Assembly (NCBI GenBank): GCA_964016885.1
Contig: OZ024762.1
Location: forward strand, 17,174,001 to 17,238,000
Length of the DNA: 64,000 nucleotides
Direction of reading: 5' to 3'
Source: Eledone cirrhosa
Lineage: Eukaryota
Both the position numbers and the translations under genes were made by a program. The notes under the pieces are model-generated. The model saw only the letters and a list, made by a program, of their open reading frames with translations. It did no database searches and was not told the origin of the DNA. Below, piece by piece: positions 1 through 14,832 of this stretch (its first letter is position 1; every line of letters begins with the position of its first letter).

Positions 1-88
1 AGTCCATCGCACTATTATACCATCAGATATTGCTGGTACTCACTGCTAGCTGAATATATTAGAGCAACATAACAGAGACTAGGATTCG

Positions 89-180
<92 letters not shown>

Positions 181-425
181 GTTCAAGGAAACAACAAACA
201 GAGGTACAAAAGTCTTATTAGTTTCACGCTCTTTATGGAAAAGAGGAAAGAAAGTTTGACGTGTCGGGCTTCAGCCCTTCTTCAAGAGTACAATTCTTTT
301 TATAAGCACAAAATGTAGACACCCTCGCAAGGCCGAGGTATTCCGTACTTCTATATACTGTTTCAGAAAGGATAAACATGCCAATCTATGTTTAGAATCC
401 CGAGCAACGCCGGGCCATTCTGCTA

Positions 426-515
<90 letters not shown>

Positions 516-516
516 A

Positions 517-727
517 CGTAGGTCCCGGGTTGAGTCGGGATAACCACAGTAAGTAAGGTACTCAATACATGGCAGAGTAAACATTTTTTATTTTATAGAA
601 GGAGCTTCTACAGGACTAGTACTGTTTCATTCAGATGAAATCTTCAGGAAGCTGGGTGTCTTACCCAGCTTCCTGAAGATTTCATCTGAATGAAACAGTA
701 CTAGTCCTGTAGAAGCTCCTTCTATAA

Positions 728-731
<4 letters not shown>
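517..731. mobile_element. PLE-derived HHR-bearing palindromic insertion (family A)
   Basis: Perfect 69-nt arms (589-657, 663-731) with a 5-nt loop. Each arm has CTGAAGA...GAAAC...GTC. The left arm extends ~70 nt further. Flanked by (TA)n. Relatives at 8731-8870, 24915-25060 and 36020-36190. Confidence 0.75.
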
Positions 732-765
<34 letters not shown>

Positions 766-966
766 CAGTAATAATATATACAACATCCAAAAGCCATATA
801 TACATACATATATACATACATATATACATATATATATATAGGAGGAGGTTATAGTTCACTTGAAGCATTGTGTAATGAGGTATAAACGTTTGAATATGTA
901 TAATAAAGCCAAAACAATGCAGGTTTGGACATACCTGCATTGTTTTGGCTTTATTATACATATTCA

Positions 967-1004
<38 letters not shown>

Positions 1005-1374
1005 CGTAAGTATGCATGTCTATTTTTCTTAATTTTAAAATTTATTTTGAAGTGGCCACCTTCACGGCGGCAAGGTTGTAAAGATTGGCAAACTCCCGTC
1101 ATCCCTGTACAATAATTTATCTTAAGAAAGTTTTACAGATTAAGGTTACAGATACGCGGCCATTTCTAGATTAAGAATTCAGACAGTTTCTCAAACATTT
1201 TCAAACAAGGAACACACATATATATTCCCCTACCTTCTTTTACGGAACCCGAGACACTCCTTTGTAGAACCCTCTTTAGGGACCACTGAATTAAGGACCT
1301 GAGGTTTTTTCTCCACAAATTCAGGTTCAGTCATACTTGGTCTAGGAATGTTGCTATACATCACATAACTTCAA

Positions 1375-1905
1375 TAATAATTGTTTCTACTTTTGGCACA
1401 AGGCCAGCAAATACCCAGTGCATTACTGGTACTTTATTTTATCGACCCCGTAAGGATGAAAAGCAAAGTCAACCTAGCTTCAATGATAATGATTTCTTAT
1501 ATAGGCACAAGGCCAGCAATTTTGAGGGAGGGGAAAGTCGATTAAATTGACCCCAGTGCATGACTGGTACTTTATTTTATCGACCCCGTAAGGATGAAAG
1601 GCAAAGTTAACCTCGACGGGATTTGAACTCAGATAATAAAGGGCGTAACTCTATGCTGCAAAGCATGGCGTCCGACCCTCTACCGATACTGCCAATCCAC
1701 CGCCCTCATAGCTTCAATAAGAATTGTTTCTACGTTAGGCACAAGGCCAGCAAATACCCAGTGCATTACTGGTACTTTATTTTATCGACCCCGTAAGGAT
1801 GAAAGGCAAAGTTGACCTTGGCGGGATTTGAACTCAGAATGGCAAGGGCCGTAACTCTATACGTCAAAGCATGGCGTCCGACCCTCTACCAATGCTGCCA
1901 AATGA
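1375..1905 (-). mobile_element. Tandem trimer of a tRNA-derived SINE (Meta-domain-like centre)
   Basis: Minus strand reads A box TGGCAGTATCGG, B box GAGTTCAAATCCC, central GCCTTTCATCCTTACGGGGTCGATAAAATAAAGTACCAG and a (TTA)n tail. Confidence 0.85.
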
Positions 1906-2084
1906 AAGGTATGAAGTCGAAAAGGCAAGAGCTCAGACGTCGGGTATGTATGTATGTATGTATGTATGTATGTATGTATGTATGTATGTATGTATGTATG
2001 TATGTATGTATACGTATGTATGTATATATGTATGTATGTATATGTATATATGTATGTATACGTATGTATGTATATATGTATATA

Positions 2085-2676
2085 TGTGCTACTGGTAACA
2101 TGTATCCCAGTACAACCTGTCTCATGGTCGGGTCGTTGGCGACTAAACTGGCAACCCCACCAAGGTTTCTTGGTGAGGAGGGTGAATTTGGACATCCTGC
2201 AGGACTAAAAACAAAACCTGTCAAAGGGCAAAGGAGCTCTTAAGAGTCAATGGCCATCCAAATCACCGGGAGAGATGACCCCTTAGCCTTTGTCAAGGCT
2301 GAATTCTAGAAGGAAAACTCTGATATAACACCTGCAACCCTGATGGTATCCAATGATGTTGACTTGTTCTTCTTTTTGGTAAATATCATCTCGGTTAAGA
2401 GAGTGGGACTGGCTTTGTGCAGTGCCTTTGCTCACTATAAAAGCTTCACGGCACAGGCATTGCTTTATATCTGGAGATCTCTCTGCACTTGTCCTCACAT
2501 GGTACCATGGGCCCAGCACTATGTGTCAATAATTGTCACAAGTGTAGTGTTTGTACCAGTGTTTTCAAGTCGCTGTCTGGACTAAAAAGTCACACTTGTT
2601 CAGCGCATCGGTAGGGGTTCTCCTACATGGATATAAAGTAGTGGCCGTACTCGAAAACGAGTTGGCAGCCACCATG
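2085..2676 (+). mobile_element. ~590-bp non-autonomous RTE-like retroelement
   Basis: Near-identical copies at 7628-8198 (+), 20015-20512 (-) and 58082-58675 (+), diverged relatives at 2790-3105 and 23815-24312 (-). Fixed 3' end GCAGCCACCAT plus (GTAT)n/(AT)n, variable 5' truncation, RTE-5'UTR-like CTAGGAGAAGGAAAACTCTGA. Confidence 0.75.
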
Positions 2677-3103
2677 TATATATGTATATATGTATATATG
2701 TATGTATGTATGTATGTATGACAAAGGGCGGAAGAACTGATAGAGTCAAGGGCCATCCGAAAGTGTGTAAATATGTATATACACATGTACCGCGTGGGTA
2801 AACCGCTGGGAGTGAAGGACCCCTAGCCTTTGTCAGGGCATTCTTCTAGGAGAAGGCAACTCAGGAAACTGGGATAACTTTGACATAAAACCTGCGGCTC
2901 AGTAGTTACCGATGATGTTGATCTTTTCTTCTTTTCGGGTTACAGCTTCTGTCGCTCAGAGAGTGGGATTGGCTCAGTGCACAGTCTTTCCTCACTTTAA
3001 AAAATATCTTCACGCACAGGCATTGCATGATAGAATTAATTAATAATTATTAATAATGGTATATCGTGCAATGGCCATACTCGATAACGAGGGGGCAGCC
3101 ATC

Positions 3104-3136
<33 letters not shown>

Positions 3137-3164
3137 TGTATGTATGTATGTATCTAAAAAAAGT

Positions 3165-3452
3165 CTAAAGTCTGTCTTAAGCCAGAAAGCTCATTTTGCC
3201 GGCGCTTATCCCGGTTTCATGGCGTGAAGCGACTGAGAGTACAAGACACCCCCCCCCCCCTGGACAGGACGCCAGTCCATCGCAGGGTTAAACCTCCAGC
3301 TATTGCTGGTACTCATTTTCAGCTGAGTAAACTGGAGCAACGTGAAATGAAGTGTCTTGCTCAAGGAAACAACACATCACCCGGTCCGAGAATTGAACTC
3401 ACAACCTTTTGATTGCAAACCTAATGCTCTAACCACTAAGCCATGCGCCTTC
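3165..3452 (-). mobile_element. CORE-type SINE, same head with a different tail
   Basis: Head and CORE as at 28746, but an unrelated 3' part. A degenerate fragment sits at 1-90. Confidence 0.75.
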
Positions 3453-3499
3453 GCCTATGTATGTATGTATGTGTGCATGTATGTATGTATGTATGTATG

Positions 3500-3534
<35 letters not shown>

Positions 3535-4080
3535 TGTTCTTCTGGTTTTATAATTTCACAAATTTTTACCAATAGAGAGAGAGTCGCTTTCTAACATAGA
3601 CACAAGACTCTCTCATTGGAATTTACACAACATCAACTAAGTAGATATGTATGCATGTCTGCATGTATGTGTAGATATGGATGTTATTGTATGTGTGGAT
3701 GTGTATATGCTTTGTATCTGTACATGTGTATATGCAATTCTTAGATGCAGAATTTTTGGAATGTTTTACATATATTTACTGTTCCATTAATGGATTGTAC
3801 TTGTAATTTTATGTATGTATGTATGTATGTATGTATGTATGTATGTATGTATGTATGTATGTACGTATGTATGTACGTATGTATGTACGTATGTATGTAT
3901 GTATGTATGTATGTATGTATGTATATATGTATGTATATATGTATGTGTCTATGTATGTATGTATGTTCTTCTGGTTTTATAATTTCACAAATTTTTACCA
4001 ATAGAGAGAGAGTCGGTTTCTAACATAGATACAAGACTCTCTCATTGGAATTTACACAACATCAACTAGGTAGATATGTC
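3535..4080 (-). mobile_element. Two more truncated copies of the R4/Dong-like element
   Basis: 3535-3810 (KLQVQSINGTVNICKTFQKFCI plus UTR) and 3965-4080 (UTR only) match 57424-57715, with the same 3' junction into (CATA)n. Confidence 0.85.
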
Positions 4081-4095
4081 TACATGCCCCCCCCC

Positions 4096-4219
<124 letters not shown>

Positions 4220-4299
4220 GTGCAGATATAGATGTTATTGTATGTGTGGATAAATTCACGACGGGGGTTTCGATGAAGAAATACATCTTCGAGTAACGA

Positions 4300-7200
4300 A
4301 AGTACGTACTGCCATTACAAGGTCTGATCAGACAGGAACATAACATTAAACACAAAAATAACTGTTTATAAAACACACGTGTTTACAGCTTTGTTATAGG
4401 GCCCTGGAACATGGATTACTCACAAGCGATAATTCAAAATACTTGAAAGATTCCACCAAAAAGGGAACACTGGCAAATACCAGGTATTAAATGAACAAGG
4501 ACGATCCCTGATATAGAATTGTGCTTAAAGCTTTGTTATAGGGCCCTTGAACATGGATTATTTACAAGCGACAATTCAAAATACTTGAAAGATTCCACCA
4601 AAAAGGGGACACTGGCAAATCCCAGATATTAAATGAACAAGGACGATCCCTGATATAGAAATTTTACAAAGATTTGGAAGTCCTTAACAATAAGTCCCCT
4701 TGTCACAAGTATCAGATCTCCTGGGTAGGGGTTGTTGTTGGTATGAATGAGAATGGCACGCTGCTTCTAAAGGAAATCTGTTATGGGGAATTTGTGCAAG
4801 GACAGAGAGACCTGAGTATAAACTTAACAACAGGTACAAAGATTATATCAAGGAAATTGTTTAGATATAAAAGGAACGATCGACTTTCGTCAAATCGGAC
4901 CGAGGAAACAATGTTTCCGTTGCTCTTTCCAATTGCTAGCACTCTCTATTGGTCGCAACTCCAGGTAGAAGGAGCAACGTGAAATAAAGTGTCTTGCTCA
5001 AGGACATAACACATCGTCCGGTCCAGAAATTGAACTCACAACCTCACGATTGCGAATCCAATTCTCTAACTACTCAGCCATGCGTCTTAGAAAAGGAAAC
5101 TGTTGATTGTAATTCATAGAAAAGGAGAATTAAATCAGGGTGTCAATGATTGCATGAAAGACAAAAACCGAGTTAAAACAGTTACTAAGTAAAGGTGGAG
5201 ATTGAGAACGGAAATCATTGGCACTGTAAACTGTGTCACTGTGTCATTCTGTCTAAAGACGGTTTTGTAAACCATGTGAAAACGTATGAAGAGTCAAAGA
5301 CAGAAGCAGGGTATGTTACAAACCAACATTCACCTCCAGGTGTCACTACCAGACAAAGACAGAAGCAGTGTATGTTACAAACCAACATTCACCTCCAGAT
5401 GTCACTACCAGACAAAGACAAAAGCAGGGTATGTTACAAACCAACGTTCACCTCCAGATGTCACTACCAGACAAAGACAGAAGCAGTGTATGTTACAAAC
5501 CAACGTTCACCTCCAGGTGTCACTACTAGACAAAGACAGAAGCAGTGTATGTTACAAACCAACATTCACCTCCAGATGTCACTACCAGACAAAGACAGAA
5601 GCAGGGTATGTTACAAACCAACGTTCACCTCCAGATGTCACTACCAGACAAAGACAGAAGCAGGGTATGTTACAAACCAACGTTCACCTCCAGATGTCAC
5701 TACCAGACAAAGACAGAGGCAGAGTATGTTACAAACCAACATTCACCTCCAGGTGTCACTACCAGACAAAGACAGAGGCAGGATATGTTACAAACCAACG
5801 TTCACCTCCAGGTGTCACTACCAGACAAAGACAGAGGCAGGGTATGTTAGAAAGTCAACAATCACCTCCAGATGTCACTACCAGACAAAGACAGAGGCAG
5901 GGTATGTTACAAACCAAGGTTCACCTCCAGGTGTCACTACCAGACAAAGACAGAGGCAGGGTATGTTACAAACCAACATTCACCTCCAGATGTCACTACC
6001 AGACAAAGACAGAGGAAGGGTATGTTACAAACCAACATTCACCTCCAGATGTCACTACCAGACAAAGACAGAGGCAGGATATGTTACAAACCAACGTTCA
6101 CCTCCAGATGTCACTACCAGACAAAGACAGAGGCAGGATATGTTACAAACCAACGTTCACCTCCTGATGTCACTACCAGACAAAGACAGAGGCAGGGTAT
6201 GTTACAAACCAAGGTTCACCTCCAGGTGTCACTATCAGACAAAGACAGAGGCAGTGTATGTTACAAAAGTCAACAGTCACCTCCAGGTGTCACTACTAGA
6301 CAAAGACAGAGGCAGGGTATGTTACAAACCAACATTCACCTCCAGGTGTCACTACCAGACAAAGACAGAGGCAGTGTATGTTACAAAGTTAACAATCACC
6401 TCCAGATGTCACTATCCGACAAAGACAGAGGCAGGGTATGTTACAAACCAACATTCACCTCCAGATGTCACTACCAGACAAAGACAGAGGCAGTGTATGT
6501 TACAAAGTTAACAATCACCTCCAGATGTCACTACCAGACAAAGACAGAGGCAGGGTATGTTACAAACCAACATACACCTCCAGGTGTCACTACTAGACAA
6601 AGACAGAGGCAAGGTATGTTACAAATCACCCTACACCTCCAGATATCACTACCAGACAAAGACAGAGGCAGTGTATGTTACAAAGTCAACAATCACCTCC
6701 AGATGTCACTACCAGACAAAGACAGAAGCAGGGTATGTTACAAATCCCCCTGTACCTCCAGATGTCACTACCAGATAAAGACAGAGGCAGTGTATGTTAC
6801 AAATCACCCTACACCTCCAGATGTCACTACCAGACAAAGACAGAGGCAGGGTATGTTAGAAAGTCAGCATTCACTTCCAGATGTCACTACCAGACAAAGA
6901 CAGAGGCAGTGTATGTTACAAATTCCCCTGTACCTCTAGATGTCACTACCAGATAAAGACAGAGGCAGTGTATGTTACAAAGTCAACAATCACCTCCAGA
7001 TGTTACTACCAGACAAAGACAGAAGCAGGGTATGTTACAAATTCCCCTGTACCTCCAGATGTCACTACCAGACAAAGACAGAGGCAGGGTATGTTAGAAA
7101 CACCCTATACCTGCAGATGTCACTACCAGACAAATACAGAGGCAGTGTATGTTAGAAATCACCCTACACCTCCAGATGTCACTACCAGACAAAGACAGAG

Positions 7201-7483
7201 GCAGGGTATGTTAGAAATCACCCTACACCCCCAGATGTCACTACCAGACAAATTTGTAGCAAGGTATGTAAAGACAACTTCCGGGTTAAGAGACTCCACA
7301 CCCTGATCGATAACAATAGTCAGATCCCGATCGATGAAGAGATCCTGAAGTCAGATCCTCATCGAATAAATCCAGAGTAAAGTGAGTCACAGATGTGATA
7401 CACGTGTCAGTGAAATCAGCTGAGAAGGGATCTCCGTCAACAGGCAGGAGGACTTTTAAAGATGATTCAAATGATGTTGTGAC
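4300..7483 (+). pseudogene. Degenerate RTE-clade LINE 3' portion
   Basis: Broken frames read NITLNTKITVYK, ALL*GPGTW, KILERFHQK, IPDIE, QISWVGVVVGM, LLKEICYGEF, KRRIKSGC and CKLCHCVILSKDGFVNH, collinear with the RTE at 58765. Has a ~145-bp internal duplication (4387-4660), a SINE and a satellite. (GTAT)n tail. Confidence 0.75.
5295..7252 (+). repeat. 59-bp minisatellite, ~33 copies
   Basis: Unit CAAAGACAGAGGCAGGGTATGTTACAAACCAACATTCACCTCCAGATGTCACTACCAGA, with some 58-bp variants. Confidence 0.95.
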
Positions 7484-8518
7484 GTATGTATGTATGTATG
7501 TATGTATGTATGTATGTATGTATGTATGTATGTATGTATGTATGTATGTATTTATGTGTGTATGTATGTATGTATTTATGTGTGTATGGACGTATGAATG
7601 TATGTGTGTATGTATGTATGTATGTATACCAGTACAACCTGGCTCATGATCGGGTCGTTGGCGACTAAACTGGCAACCCTACCAAGGTTGTCGAGGAGGG
7701 TGAGTTTGGACATCCTGCAGGACTAAAAACAAAATCTGTCAAAGGGCAAAGGAGCTCTTAAGAGTCAATGGCCATCCAAAATCACCGGGAGAGATGGACC
7801 CCTTAGCCTTTGTCAAGGCAGAATTCTAGGAGAAGGAAAACTCTGATATAACACCTGCAACCCTGATGGTATCCAATGATGTTGACTTGTTCTTCTTTTT
7901 GGTAAATATCATCTCGGTTAAGAGAGTGGGACTGGCTTTGTGCAGTGCCTTTGCTCACTATAAAAGCTTCACGGCACAGGCATTGCTTTATATCTGGAGA
8001 TCTCTCTGCACTTGTCGTCACATGGTACCATGGGCCCAGCACTATGTGTCAATAATTGTCACAAGTGTAGTGTTTGTACCAGAGTTTTCAAGTCGCTGGC
8101 TGGACTAAAAAGTCACACTCGTTCAGCGCATTGGTAGGGGTTCTCCTACGTGGATATAAAGTAGTGGCCGTACTCGAAAACGAGTTGGCAGCCACCATGT
8201 ATGTGTGTATGTATGTATTTATATATGTATATATGTGTGTGTGTATTTGTTTGTGTGTGTATGTGTATATATGTATGTATTTGTGTGTGTGTATGCATGT
8301 GTATATGTATGTATGTGTATGTATGTATGTGTGTGTGTGTATGTATGTATATCTATGTGTATGTATGTAGGTATATATATGTATATATGTATGTATGTTT
8401 GTAATTATGTATGTATGTATGTATGTATGTATGTATGTATGTATGTATATATGTGGGTATTTATATATATAAATGGAAAAGTATAGAAATTGTTGTAGCG
8501 AGAAGCTAACAGTATTCC

Positions 8519-8618
<100 letters not shown>

Positions 8619-9058
8619 TATATACATATATATACACATTCAGTATATATATAATATACACACACATGTACACACATATACACATACAAATATACATATA
8701 TACGTACAAACACACTCATATATATATATATGATGATTTCATATGAATGAAACAGTTCTAGTCCTGTAGAAATCATTTCTATATATAATAAAGATGCCTG
8801 TACTCTATCAATATATTGAGTACTTTTTATATTATAACCACCCCTCCTATATACAGGTGCAATTTACATATAGATATAGTTAAGTGATGCTATACAATAT
8901 ATATATGTAAAATTCCGTTATAACGAATTTTTCAGTATAACAAATTTTTTTCAATCCCTATCCACACGTTCGATGTGTTAGGTCGGTCTCGTTATAGAGA
9001 AATTGTCTTTAAAACGAATCTTTTTCTACCTTGTGAATTTCGTTATAACGGAATTTCA

Positions 9059-9120
<62 letters not shown>

Positions 9121-9162
9121 GGAAGCAGAAAATTGCTTCTCTTAATGCTCACCTGTGTTTTC

Positions 9163-9195
<33 letters not shown>

Positions 9196-9198
<3 letters not shown>

Positions 9199-9352
9199 TG
9201 AAATTCCGTTATAACGAATTTTTCAGTATAACAAATTTTTTTTTCAATCCCAATCCACACGTTCGATGTGTTAGGTCGGTCTCGTTATAGAGAAATTTTC
9301 TTTAAAACGAATCTTTTTCTACCTTGTGAATTTCGTTATAACGGAATTTCAC

Positions 9353-9354
<2 letters not shown>
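9196..9354. mobile_element. 159-bp pogo/Tigger-like MITE
   Basis: 23-bp TIR CAGTGAAATTCCGTTATAACGAA in TA context. Partial tandem copies at 8908-9061 and 9582-9647. Confidence 0.8.
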
Positions 9355-9407
<53 letters not shown>

Positions 9408-9449
9408 GGAAGCAGAAAATTGCTTCTCTTAATGCTTACCTGTGTTTTC

Positions 9450-9563
<114 letters not shown>

Positions 9564-9735
9564 ATATATATATATATATATAGAGAAATTTTCTTTAAAA
9601 CGAATCTTTTTCTTCCTTGTGAATTTCGTTATAACGGAATTTCACTGTATATATATATATATATCGATATATATATACATATAAGAATAAAAGAACAAAG
9701 AATCGGTGTTGCACCATATTTTATATATACATATA

Positions 9736-10228
9736 TGGAGAGGCGGTTTTCCTCTGTGTGATAGCTATGGCGAAAGAGGTTATATGGTGGACGAGGTTGA
9801 AAGGGCTGAGGTCAGACACCTTTCTCTCCGGCCAACAACTGGTCCTTTTTTTCAAATACCATTTTAGAAGAGGGATCAGAATGGGGAGAGAGAGGTGCCG
9901 TACCCCAGCAAGTTTTTTATGAAAGGTGGGTGAAAGTGGCGAGAATGGCCCGAGTGAATGGGCCTCCTCTCTATATCAGCCCTGTAGGTTGAGAGAGGAG
10001 GAGAGTAAGGAGAGTAAGGGAGCACCCGCTCTTTATGCTTCTGAGGAGGAGGGTTGCATATTTTTTCGGGGGGGGGGGTGCGACCCACATCAACGCCACC
10101 TCCCTATTGAGGACTTCGATTGTTTAATTTTATTTGTTATATTTTTTACACGTCCCTTAAATGTATGTACCCCCCCCCCCTGTATTTGTCCCTTTCTTTT
10201 GTGCCCTGCAGGCAAATAAATAGAAACG
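9736..10228 (+). pseudogene. L1/Tx1-like LINE 3' end
   Basis: Frame from 9737 reads [19 protein letters not shown]...F..(R)W, like L1/Tx1 C-termini. The UTR ends GCAAATAAA. A related UTR lies at 54040-54330 (-). Confidence 0.6.
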
Positions 10229-10265
10229 TATATATATATATATATATATATATACTTCTACACCT

Positions 10266-10314
<49 letters not shown>

Positions 10315-10334
10315 CATACATATATACTTCTACA

Positions 10335-10394
<60 letters not shown>

Positions 10395-10410
10395 CATATA
10401 TACTTCTACA

Positions 10411-10460
<50 letters not shown>

Positions 10461-10474
10461 TATATACTTCTACA

Positions 10475-10652
<178 letters not shown>

Positions 10653-10676
10653 CATATATATATATACTTCTACACC

Positions 10677-10708
<32 letters not shown>

Positions 10709-10745
10709 TAGATATACCTCTACACACACACACACACACACACAT

Positions 10746-10824
<79 letters not shown>

Positions 10825-10947
10825 ATATTAATATATATACCAAGTTTTTAAAAAATTTATATTAGTAGAGCTGACTTTACGTTCTAATAGTAACTACTTG
10901 TAGTACTTTGGTTAACCTATACTTACTTTACCTATTAATCCATATTT

Positions 10948-11055
<108 letters not shown>

Positions 11056-11064
11056 GCACATATT

Positions 11065-11117
<53 letters not shown>

Positions 11118-11165
11118 CTAATCCTTATCGTGCCCTCCACCGATTTTCGTCTTCACATTTATTAT

Positions 11166-11206
<41 letters not shown>

Positions 11207-11242
11207 TATATAATATAATATATATATATGTATATATATGTT

Positions 11243-11317
<75 letters not shown>

Positions 11318-11615
11318 ATGTGTGTGTGTGTGTGTGTGTGTTTCGGTGTATGTGTTTGAATGTCTGAGTGTATGTGTTCTGTATTTTCCTTTACTCCACA
11401 AACATCTCTTTGGCTTGTTTCAAAGACTGTGACCCCTGTTGGACCAGTAGTACTATCGGTAGGGGTCGAAACTACCAGAAACCCCAACAGCTGAAGACCT
11501 GGGATTCCTGTGTCTTTCCTTTGCCCTTTTATTTTCAAAAGAACTCTTTTAAAGTTTCCCCTCCGGAAAAATATTTTCGTCCTGCTTTGTTTTATTTCGT
11601 TGTCTCTACCTATTT

Positions 11616-11682
<67 letters not shown>

Positions 11683-11686
11683 TATG

Positions 11687-11736
<50 letters not shown>

Positions 11737-11863
11737 ATAATAATAAATTTGAAGAATAAAACCCAAAGAGGGCTCGATAAGGATAAATATATATCAAATA
11801 TATAAGAACCGTAGAGCAAATATTTATTAAAATTATATTTTAATAAATATATATATATGTATA

Positions 11864-11932
<69 letters not shown>

Positions 11933-11956
11933 TATATATATATATACATATGTATG

Positions 11957-11987
<31 letters not shown>

Positions 11988-12011
11988 GTATATATATATA
12001 TATATATATAC

Positions 12012-12049
<38 letters not shown>

Positions 12050-12122
12050 GTATATATATATATATATATATACATATGTATATATATATATATATATACA
12101 TATGTATATATATATGTATATA

Positions 12123-12321
<199 letters not shown>

Positions 12322-12449
12322 TAATATATATACATATATATACATATATACACACACGCACAAACACGCACACACACATATACATATATATATATCCACG
12401 CTGAAATATGCGGGGAGACCTGTAATTCATATATGGGAAGATGGTTTGA

Positions 12450-12652
<203 letters not shown>

Positions 12653-13053
12653 CATGGATACTTACAAATATTCATACTTTACACATATATACGTACACAC
12701 ATATATATATATACATATATACATACATACATTCATAAATTCATAAATTCATACATATATAGATACATACATATATACATAAATACATACATACAGACAT
12801 ACATATATACATACACACATACATTTATACATACATGCACATATATATATACAACGATACATACATATATACGTATATATATATATATATACATATATAC
12901 ATACATACATTCATACATACATACATACATACATTTATACATAGATACATACATACATATATACATACATACATACATTTATACATACATATGTACATAC
13001 ATACATTCATACATACATACATATATACATACATTTATACATAGATACATACA

Positions 13054-13112
<59 letters not shown>

Positions 13113-13114
<2 letters not shown>

Positions 13115-13292
13115 CAAAGGAATTGTGGTATGGACCATAACGCACCAGAGTACTCAATACTTAGGGTAGTAGAGTGGGAAATAGGAAGAAGTATGAACCC
13201 CGACGGCAGAGCTCAAGCCGTTTCGACGGCTATTTCTGCACTAGAATAGCCGTCGAAACGGGTTGAACTCTGCCGTCGGGGTCATACATTTT

Positions 13293-13297
<5 letters not shown>
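13113..13297. mobile_element. PLE-derived palindrome (family B) carrying the HHR 3' half
   Basis: Arms contain GAAACGGC-loop-GCCGTC-gggg (stem III plus GUC). Copies with shared termini at 20561-20764, 32800-32971, 33040-33238, 50790-50850 (partial) and 61177-61367. All lie in (TA)n. Confidence 0.75.
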
Positions 13298-13343
<46 letters not shown>

Positions 13344-13949
13344 GCATTTTAAGAACGATCTCAATTTTCAAGGCTACTAACGACATCTTGGCGAAATCTC
13401 TCCAAGTTCTCATTTCAAGATAACGGACCAGGTTAAATTAATTTCAAACAGAATATATCTCTAGTCCCCACCCCACCAGATCCCCACCCCGTAGCCTAAC
13501 CAGTCTCTCATTAATATGAATAGATAGGAAAAACTTACCATTGGACCGCTGCGCTTTTATATCCGACCCACGGTGGAGATTTTCATTTTGGATTAGTGGT
13601 GTATGAAGATATAGAGGAACGAGAGAGAGAGAGAGGGGGATAGGTGGAGAGTGATGGAGAGGGAGGGAGAGTGATGGAGAGAGGGAGAGTGAGGGAGGGA
13701 GAGAGGGATGGAGAGAGGGATGGAGAGAGGGAGAGTGATGGAGTGAGGGAGAGAGATGGAGAGTGATGGAGAGAGGGAGAGAGAGGGAGAGAGGGATGGA
13801 GAGAGGGAGAGTGATGGAGTGAGGGAGAGAGATGGAGAGTGATGGAGAAATGGAGAGAGAGGGAGAGAGAGGGAGAGTGATGGAGAGTGAGGGAGAGAGA
13901 TGGAGAGATAGATGGAGAGTGACAGAGAGATGGAGAGGGAGAGGGAGAG

Positions 13950-13983
<34 letters not shown>

Positions 13984-14057
13984 TGTGGTCCACAGTTGAA
14001 GTTTTCATTATGGGTTAGTGACGAATAAAGAGATAGAGAGATAGATAGATAGAGAGG

Positions 14058-14109
<52 letters not shown>

Positions 14110-14134
14110 CAGATAGATAGACAGATAGATAGAC

Positions 14135-14165
<31 letters not shown>

Positions 14166-14738
14166 GAGGTAGATAGAGAGGTAGATAGATAGATAAAGGT
14201 GAGTAAATGAATCCATCTTCTGGGTGATATACATACGTCCTTATATATATGTGTATATATATACATTCGTACATATATATATATATATACATACGTACAT
14301 ATATATATATATATATATATAAAGGGCGAGAGAATGGTAGATATATAGTAAGGGCCTTAACAGATGGAGACAGCGTATGTTTGAAATAGCTGGTCGTTAC
14401 TAGTGAACAGCTTTTGGAGAATTATATAACGACTTGATTTTACTTATTGGAAGTGTCGCAGTAAATCTTAGTTCTCACACAGATGTCTTCTGTGGAACCG
14501 TGTATATATATATATATATATATATATAAATATATATGTGTGTGTGTGTGTGTGTATGTGTGTGTGTGTGTGTAGATGTCTATATATGGTGTGCAAAGGT
14601 TCACACATCCTTATATATATACCACACCATACCACATCATACCTCACTATACATTGTGTATGAGTGTGTATATATATATGGTTTGGGTTTGTATGCATGC
14701 ATGTATGTATATATATGTATATATGTATGTATATATAT

Positions 14739-14832
<94 letters not shown>

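Noticed and set aside
5195-6939. 438-, 293- and 355-aa ORFs as a host repeat protein
   Set aside because: The 59-bp unit is not a multiple of 3, is open in all frames, and lies inside a decayed RTE.
11424-11480. Degenerate HHR-like motifs (also ~45035-45105 minus, 28985, 52225)
   Set aside because: Core is incomplete or stem I is missing, so they were not counted as ribozymes.
13530-13610. Possible minus-strand exon ending at GTAAGT; also acceptor-like sites at ~30076 and ~57029 (+)
   Set aside because: No matching partner splice site or recognisable protein. Cannot be supported without RNA-seq.
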